Source of the DNA: Prionailurus viverrinus | Taxonomy: Eukaryota | Assembly (NCBI RefSeq): GCF_022837055.1 | Contig: NC_062566.1 | Span: 66,862,464 to 66,926,463 of the forward strand | Reading direction: 5' to 3' | DNA: 64,000 nucleotides | Shown here: piece by piece, positions 56,521-64,000 of the stretch | Layout of the letters: the number at the start of each line of letters is the position of its first letter | How positions within the stretch are numbered: the first letter of the stretch is position 1 | Position numbers and translations under genes: made by a program | Notes under the pieces: model-generated | What the model was told of the DNA's origin: nothing | The model's database searches: none | The model's input: the letters and a program-made list of their open reading frames with translations, nothing else

Positions 56521-57509
56521 GACTGTAAAGGCCACTGGTTTCAGTGGATTTTTCCTCATTTTAAATAATTGCCTTTAGATTTACAGCTTGTGTTTCTGTT
56601 CAGTCTAACCACTGCCAACTTTAAAATATCGCACAAGTTGTGATGTATGTGATATACTACTACAGTAGTACTTGGCATCCCAAAGGAGCCCTTCTGGGCC
56701 ATCTGAAAGCCACAGAAGCCAATCAGTAGTTTACAAGAACTTCAGGGCCTTCTTCCTTCTGACTCCTCTGACTCAAAACAACCTTGCGACTGGTCTCCAG
56801 CCTGTTGACATTTGCCAACACCTCTCTTCATCCTCCTTCAATGAGCATTTCCCACTGTGAGCCCTCCTTCCCTGCCTAGTCTCCTTTACCAGGTATGGCA
56901 GATTAAAGTAGACCACATATTTTTTGCTTCTCCTGCCACTGAGAAATGGCGTCTGATTTTTCTCTTCTTGATTCTGGGCTGACCTGGTGACTTGCTTGAC
57001 CGAGATACATGGCAGAAGTGTCAGTCTGTGACTTCTGAGGCCAGGTCAAAGGAACTTCACACCTTCTACCCAGGACTCTTGGAATACTACCTCTGGGGGC
57101 TGCCACATAAGTTCAACCACCCTTAGACTGCCACATGGAAGAGCCACATACAGGTGCTTCAGTTAACAATCTCAGCTGAACCTAGTTTTCCAGACCTCAT
57201 CACCAAACATGTGAACCAAGCTGGCTTGGGCACTCCAGACTAGTCCACTTGCAGCGAATACAACCAAGTAACTTCTATCAATGAAAATAGGACAGAAGAA
57301 TCATCTAGCTAAATCCTGTCCAAATTTAAGTGAAACCAATGACACATAAAGTCATGAGAAATATAGTACAATAGTTTTTGTTTTAAGTCACTAAAAGTTT
57401 TGGGTAGTTTGTTATGTATCATTACATCATTGGAACACTAGACCTGCAACATTTAAGGCTAGTTTACTTCAGATTACATTGTAGTGAACTCACTGTCCTA
57501 AAATCTTGT

Positions 57510-57726
57510 TGTTGTTTTTTTTTTAAGTTTATTCACTTTGAAAGAGACAGAGAGCACAGGCAGGGGATGGGCAGAACGAGAGGGAGAGAGAGAGAATCCC
57601 AAGCAGGCTCCTCAAGATCAGTGTGCAGAGCCCAACGTGGGGCTCGAACTCACAAAACCATGAGATCATGACCTGTGCCGAAATCAAGAGTCGGATGCTC
57701 AACTCACTGACCCGCCCAGGAGTCCC
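57510..57726 (-). mobile_element. Can-SINE (older subfamily), intergenic
   Basis: ...accatgagatcatgacctgtgccgaaatcaagagtcggatgctcaactcactgacccgcccaggagtccc. Confidence 0.8.
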
Positions 57727-58859
57727 TCCTTAAATCTTCTAAATCACTTAATTCCCCATACATTGGTTTGTGCAATAGTTCCTTGTAATAGAATTGCTTA
57801 TCATGGAGGTGGTTAGCTAAAGTAGATGCCAATCCATGTGGCAAGAAGATCTGCCTGGACAAGGAGCCTCATGTTTACAGAATAGGTTACACTCCCTCAT
57901 CATTCATTCAACAAATATTTATTCATTGATATCAAATTAATCAACATCCAAACCAACCTCTGGGATGTATGCAGTGAAGTCATGTTTTTCTAATAGCTGT
58001 GCGGCCCACAGTTAGAGTCAACAAGTACAAGGAGACACTGGATCTATCAGATCCAGCACTCCTTCCTACCCTTGATCTAGTCTTTGTAGTGAGGGAAGTG
58101 GCCCTGTTTCTCAGCTTACAGAGAGGTATTGGGAAGAGGTCTTGACAGAAGACAATGAATAGATTTAATATATTGTTCCCATATATTCTTCTGCCTTTTG
58201 CATAAAAATTTAGTATCAATTTCCATACCCTCTTGGGATACTGGTTTTTAAAGAGTATCAGCACTAAGTGATCCCTGTTGTCTAAAACCTAACAAACAGG
58301 TAACTTTGGCACCTGCTCCTTGCATATTAGCAAAACACGTGTTTAAACAGACTATGCAAGTAGTCAGAGGCCATTTGGGATAGCCATATTCTAGGTGTGT
58401 ACCACAATAAAAAACTTACCAAAATTCACTTCAGAAGTTACCAGGGCCAGGTACTCTAGCACTTAGCATCATATCCCTTAGCACTACCTCTTGTAAGGAC
58501 CTGGAAAGAGGAGTCCATGCTGTGGATTAGTGATCCTGGAGGCTGTAAACCGGGCTTGGACAATCTTACCTCTTGCTTGCTAGCCACATTTTAACAGTTG
58601 GAGAAAAACAGCTCTTAACACTTTCCTAACTCTCATTTGACAGTCCAAAGGGTTCAAATGACTTGCCCAGGTTGAAATAGCTGGTCAGAGAAGGAGCTAG
58701 ACTAGAACACCAGTCCCTTGATTCACAGTCCAGCCCTTGGCCACAGTAGCACCTGCTTCCTTTGACATGTCTTTAGCATTATTGTTTACAGAAGACCACT
58801 GCTAAAATGAACCATTGCCCTGAAGGCCTTTTACATGAACACATTAAAAGAGTATATCA

Positions 58860-59068
58860 GGGGACAACTGGGTAGCTCAGTCAGGTAAACATCTGACTCT
58901 TGATTTCAGCTCAGGTCATGATGTCATGATCGTACCATCAAGCCCCATGTGGGGCTCTGCATTGAGCAGAGCCTGCTTAGGATTTTCTCTCTCACTCTCT
59001 CTCTGCCCCTCCCCTGCTCACTCTCACACTCTCCCTCTCTCTTCCAAAATAAATAAATAAATAAGTGG
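58860..59068 (+). mobile_element. Can-SINE, intergenic
   Basis: ggggacaactgggtagctcagtcaggtaaacatctgactcttgatttcagctcaggtcatgatgtcatg...ccaaaataaataaataaataag. Confidence 0.8.
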
Positions 59069-59177
59069 TTTTTTGTGTGTGTGTGTTTTTTTTAAAGACT
59101 ATGTCAGCAGTCCATAAGTCTTGGAAAATGGGACCTGCTTGAGAAGTACAGACTCATATCAAGAAAGTAATCATATT

Positions 59178-59346
59178 GGGGGTGCCTGGGCGCTCAGTCT
59201 GTTAAGCGTCTGACTTCGGCTCAAGTCATGATCTCAAGATTCATGAGTTCGAGCCCCAAGCCGGGCTCTGTGCTACAGCTCACAGCCTGGAGCCTGCTTC
59301 AGATTCTGTGTCTCCCTCTCTCTCTGACCCTCTCCTGCTCATGTTC

Positions 59347-59381
<35 letters not shown>

Positions 59382-59420
59382 AATAAATAAACATTAAAAT
59401 TTTTATTAAAAATATTTTTT
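59178..59420 (+). mobile_element. Can-SINE with TSD, intergenic
   Basis: ggggtgcctgggcgctcagtctgttaagcgtctgacttcggctcaagtcatgatctcaagattcatgagttcgagcccc...(ct)n caaaaataaataaacattaaaa; TSD agtaatcatatt. Confidence 0.85.
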
Positions 59421-60704
59421 AAAAGTAATCATATTAAAAATATGATCAGGACACCTGATCTCATATAGGACTTGAATGCTGTTACTGGGTGGGCAGGGCA
59501 TTTCAAAGTAAACTTTGTATGTTAAAATAGTGGACTTGGGGGCATCTTTTAATGGCTTATAGGAACAATGAAACAAAACATGGGAATTAGGATGGTCCCA
59601 GGAGGACTGGAATACTTGGCCACCACGTTAGAGTAATCTAAGATGGGTGGAAATGGTATAAAATTGTATACATTTGCACTCTGGAGTCCAACAGATCTGT
59701 TTTTAAATTCTGCTTTGCTATTGATGGGCTGTGTGACCTAGGCCACAGAAAAAAATAAGGTAAATAATCTCATAAACCCTGAATGGCATAAGAGACTGGC
59801 CCTTGAGTCTGCATAAGAGCAGATGATGCTGATAAGGTAACAGGGCCAGTCAGGGTCCTCTATTTGAAAATTTCACCCAGTATATTGTACTCATAACAAT
59901 CCCTGACTCAACACATCTTAATAAATTAAACAAACTATTGGAAGAAGAGCCCCTTGCTCTAGCTGAGCTTTGAAATTCATAGCTAGTATGTGTTATAGTA
60001 GTTGGATGTCAGATTCCTCAAGATTACATCTCTAAGCTTCCAATACCATGTATACCCTTTAATTTCTCCCATTTATAGAGTCCAACGATGAGTTTCATGA
60101 ATAAATCCTGCCCCTCCGTGGAGATGGATCTACATCGGAGAGATGGCACAATAAAGAAAGCAGGCTCGAAATCCTTCTACTTGAGTTTAAATACACGCTC
60201 TACACTTACAAACTGTGTAACCTTGGGTAAAAAAATTCACTGCTCTAAGCTTTAGTTGCCTTATCTGTAAAATGGGATAATAACAGCATCTACTTTTGAT
60301 GGGTTGCATTGACATTTAAATGATATCATGTATATAAAGCATTTAGCACACTACCTGGTACAGAGCGAGCATTTAAACAATGTTAGCTATAATCTCCAAC
60401 AAGTGGTTTTTACTTTGTTATGAGAGAGTTGGCTTTCATTAATGACAGTTTGCTTGAAAAGTATGTACTGGGGATCAAATTGCCTATCTGATGATTAGTC
60501 AAGCTGGTATATAGTTAGAAGAATCTTAATCCCCAAAATGCTTTTGCCTTAGCTAGAGTCCCGATGAACCCACATCCTTATCTTGGCAGCAATGTTAGAC
60601 CAGAGTAGCTGGGGATAAACTTTGTAACCCTTTGTGTGGCACTCATGGTCTCAGAGGCCTATCTTGTTTGACATCATCTAGCTCACTGATCTAAAAGGAT
60701 GTGG

Positions 60705-61385
60705 CCTGGGAATACAAGCTGGTACAGCCACTCTGGAAAACAGTATGGAGGTTCTTCAAAAAACTAAAAATAGAACTACCCTACAACCCAGCAATTGCAC
60801 TACTAGGCATGTATCCAAGGGATACAGGTGTGCTGTTTCGAAGGGACACATGCACCCCCATGTTCATAGCAGCACTATCAACAATAGCCAAAGTATGGAA
60901 AGAGCCCAAATGTCCATCAATGGATGAATGAATAAAGAAGATGTAGTGTATATATATATATATATATATATATACATACACACACACACAGATATATATA
61001 TATATAATGGAGTATTACTTGGCAATCAAAAAGAATGAAATCTTGCCATTTGCAACTACGTGGACGGAACTGGAGGGTATTATGCTAAGTGAAATTAGTC
61101 AGCCAGAGAAAGACAAATATCATGACTTCACTCATATGAGGACTTTAAGAGACAAAACAGATGAATGTAAGGGAAGACAAACAAAAATAATACAAAAACC
61201 AGGAGGGGGACAAAACAAAAGAGACTCATAAATATGGAGAACAAACTGAGGGCTACTGGAGGGGTTGTGGGAGGGGGGATGGGCTAAATGGGTAAGGGAC
61301 ACTAAAGAATCTCTTCCTGAAATCACTGTTGCACTATATGCTAACTAATTTGGATGTAAATTAAAAAAAATAAAATGTAAAAAAA
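60705..61385 (+). mobile_element. L1 3'-end fragment (ORF2 C-terminus + 3'UTR) with an internal (TA/CA)n microsatellite
   Basis: tggtacagccactctggaaaacagtatggaggttcttcaaaaaactaaaaatagaactaccctacaacccagcaattgcactactaggcatgtatccaagggatac...tggaggggttgtgggaggggggatgggctaaatgggtaagggacactaaag... Confidence 0.85.
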
Positions 61386-62154
61386 ATTAAAATGCAACAG
61401 ATTTTTGTGTATTGAAAAAACAAAATAAAAAAATAAATAAAAGGATGTGGCTTTGGAACTATCAAGGCACACTTAAGGACTACCAGAGCATACTTTTCTA
61501 AATGTGCCTAGAGTTCCTTAAGACTGTCCCAGGCTCTGGGGCTCACAACTATAACAGCACTCTGATGTTTATAGTACAGCTAGTCTTCCTGTTTTATGGA
61601 TTAAGATACTGGCATTCAAAGTGATTAAGGGATTTACAATTACCAAAACAGTAATTGATTTGGGGCTCGAACCCAAGTTACTGATTCTAATTCAATATGC
61701 TTTCAAGCTGTACCTTTTTTCCATCATTCTAATCACAAATACAGATGATTATATCTTGAATCATCAACTATAACAATAATACCATGAACATCTATCTCTG
61801 AGGAAAAAAAGACTATAATCTCATGGCTAATGACATATACTATATCCCTGCATGTATGTATTTTTTTGTATTGCTAGGACCTGTGATAAATTCACACTTT
61901 TCCACTTATAGCCCCTTGATCCCAAGGGTTAGCCAGGATTTGGAATATAAATAGCCTGTGGCCCTGAAAGAGTGTTAGGACTTTCCTGACTATAGACGGA
62001 AACCATGATGCTTGTTCAGGCCAGCCACTTGATTCTTAGGTAAAGATATGTCACCTGGAAACTGCTCTCACAAAAGACTTTCCTCTTCATTATCCAGACT
62101 GTGCCACATTCCTTGGCTCTTTGCACTTTACAAATAAGGGTTTGAATTACATGA

Positions 62155-62385
62155 TTTCTTTCTTTCTTTTTTTTTTTTTCAACGTTTATTTATTTTTGGG
62201 ACAGAGAGAGACAGAGCATGAATGGGGGAGGGGCAGAGAGAGAGGGAGACACAGAATCAGAAACAGGCTCCAGGCTCTGAGCCATCAGCCCAGAGCCTGA
62301 CGCAGGGCTCGAACTCACGGAGTGTGAGATCGTGACCTGGCTGAAGTCGGACGCTTAACCGACTGCGCCACCCAGGCGCCCCTTG
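62155..62385 (-). mobile_element. Young Can-SINE with 18-bp TSD, intergenic
   Basis: rc of ggggcgcctgggtggcgcagtcggttaagcgtccgacttcagccaggtcacgatctcacactccgtgagttcgagccctgcgtcaggctctgggctgatggctcag...; TSD ttgaattacatgatttct. Confidence 0.9.
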
Positions 62386-63149
62386 AATTACATGATTTCT
62401 AACATCTCTTCATTCCATGATTCTATTAAATAATCTTTCTGTGCAATATTTCACTCTTCTGGTTGGACACTGTTGCTTCTACAGTCCAGACCATCTGGGT
62501 AAATAAGGATACATGGTTTTGTAGCTAGTAGGATCTTTCACCCTCCCCCCCCTTTTTTTTTTGATTGTTAACCCTTTGCTGCCTTCAACTTTCCAGGTGT
62601 CCAAAGCATCATACATGTTGTGTATTTGACAGAGAAAATATTGGGATAAGAAACCAGTTACGTTTCTATTTCAGCAGTTCAAAATCACGTATGAGTCAAG
62701 TGAAGAAGAAAGATAAGGGGAAAACAAGCCTAAATGACTTCAAAGCTTTGTGTCTAGGAAAAAGGGAAAATGAGAGTGTCAACGAAGCCTGATGAGTCTG
62801 AAGTCATGATAGTGGTACATCCAAGTAGAGGTGAGGAATGCTGAAAAAAAACAATAGTCTAGAACCCAGGTGAGTTATTACAACTTTAGATGGAAGTGAG
62901 CTGTCTGAAGAGGAACATAAAACAAGGTAAGAGAAGAACATGGGCAATCTATAATGAAGCACAGGAGACAAAGGACTCAGGTAGTCCAATGCATTTACTG
63001 GTACATCAGCCCACATGCTCAATCCTATTCAGTTCCTGAGTCACTCTTGAAAAGATGTGAGCAATAGAAATCCCTCCCTCACTCACAAAGGAGGTTGAAA
63101 GACGAGCGTAGAGGGAACTAGTAGGGAGAATATCTAAAACACCTTGCCT

Positions 63150-63375
63150 CTGGGGCGCCTGGGTGGCTCAGCTGGTTGAGCGTCAGATTTCGGATCAGGT
63201 TGGTTGTGATCTTGCAGTTTGTAGGTTCGAGCCCCTCGTTGGGCTCTGTGCTGAGAAGCTCAGAGCCTGGAGCCTGCTTCAGATTCTGCATCTCTCTCTC
63301 TGTCCCTTCCCCGCTGGTGCTCTGTCTCTCAAAAATAAAGAAACGTTAAAAAATTTAATAAAAAAAAAAACAAAA
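63150..63375 (+). mobile_element. Can-SINE with TSD
   Basis: ggggcgcctgggtggctcagctggttgagcgtcagatttcggatcaggttggttgtgatcttgcagtttgtaggttcgagcccc...; TSD aaacaccttgcct. Confidence 0.85.
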
Positions 63376-63704
63376 CACCTTGCCTATCATCTGATGTACC
63401 AAAGGTAAGAATCCTGGGCCTCTATACACTCACCAAACTGTAGCCTAATCCCTGGATTGCCATGATTGCCCACTCTGCGTGAATGTTTTCCAGCCTAATT
63501 CCTGTTTCTCCTTCCTCTTCTGTTCTGGGGTTGCAATACTACCTTGAATCTCAGACCACTTGGCTAGGGCCCCAACCTGTTACTTGCCCTATATCAGTCC
63601 TCTCTCACTGAAGAGTGGACTGTTGACTGGTGTCCTGCTACAAATCAGGGGCCTCCTTCTGTCTTCTCACTCTATCCCTACTTTAAAAACTAAATAATGA
63701 GGGG

Positions 63705-63930
63705 CACCTGAGTGGCTCAGTCGGTTGAGCATCTGGCTTTAGCTCAGGTCATGATCTCACGTCCATGGGTTTGAGCCCTGCATCGGGCTCTGTGCTGACA
63801 GCTCAGAGTCTGGAGGCTGCTTTGGATTCTGCATCTCTCTCTCTCTCTGTCCCTCCTCTGCTCATGCTCTGTCTCTGTCTCTCAAAAATTTTTTTAAAAA
63901 GTTAAAAAATAAACCCTAAAAACTAAATAA
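63705..63930 (+). mobile_element. Can-SINE with TSD
   Basis: gaggggcacctgagtggctcagtcggttgagcatctggctttagctcaggtcatgatctcacgtccatgggtttgagccc...; flanks aaaaactaaataa. Confidence 0.85.
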
Positions 63931-64000
63931 GGAGAGCTAGAGACTTTTATAACTAATTACCCCCATCTGTATACTTTTGGACCCTCAAGCTGTCACCTCC

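Noticed and set aside
1-64000. Prokaryotic defence or accessory system, CRISPR array, operon structure
   Set aside because: The sequence is unmistakably mammalian: GT-AG introns, CpG depletion outside one island, carnivore tRNA-derived SINEs and L1. Repeats that could mimic a CRISPR array (tandem SINEs, the TEP1 90-bp repeats) have no spacer diversity and are explained by known elements.

Overview
Mammalian genomic DNA from a felid, most likely Felis catus: carnivore tRNA-Lys-derived SINEs of the SINEC_Fc type occur throughout, with GT-AG introns, L1 fragments and CpG depletion. It is not prokaryotic. The window is the conserved PARP2-TEP1 neighbourhood (syntenic with human 14q11.2). PARP2 lies on the + strand: its last 13 coding exons are present (254-6723), with an AATAAA at 6811. 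TEP1 (telomerase-associated protein 1 / vault protein) lies convergently on the - strand with its complete coding region in 53 coding exons (ATG 48573, stop 11925-11927). Cumulative exon lengths stay in frame at every junction, giving a 7866-nt CDS of 2621 aa (human TEP1 is 2627 aa). A CpG island at about 51.7-52.3 kb is the probable TEP1 promoter with a noncoding exon 1. The remaining roughly 12 kb upstream is repeat-rich intergenic DNA with no coding evidence. Introns and intergenic space carry about 35 Can-SINE copies, 4 L1 fragments and several microsatellites; at least five SINE copies are very young, with intact target-site duplications. There is no CRISPR array, no tRNA/rRNA gene, no prokaryotic defence system, and nothing that looks like an undescribed system. 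The points worth a second look are an in-frame retainable TEP1 intron, a young SINE 95 bp upstream of the TEP1 ATG, a tandem double SINE insertion at one target site, a (GT)17 tract that begins a TEP1 intron, and a SINE supplying part of an acceptor's polypyrimidine tract. Exon boundaries were derived by hand from the ORF track plus splice-site reading and are expected accurate to about 1-2 nt; the human protein sequences used for comparison are from memory.
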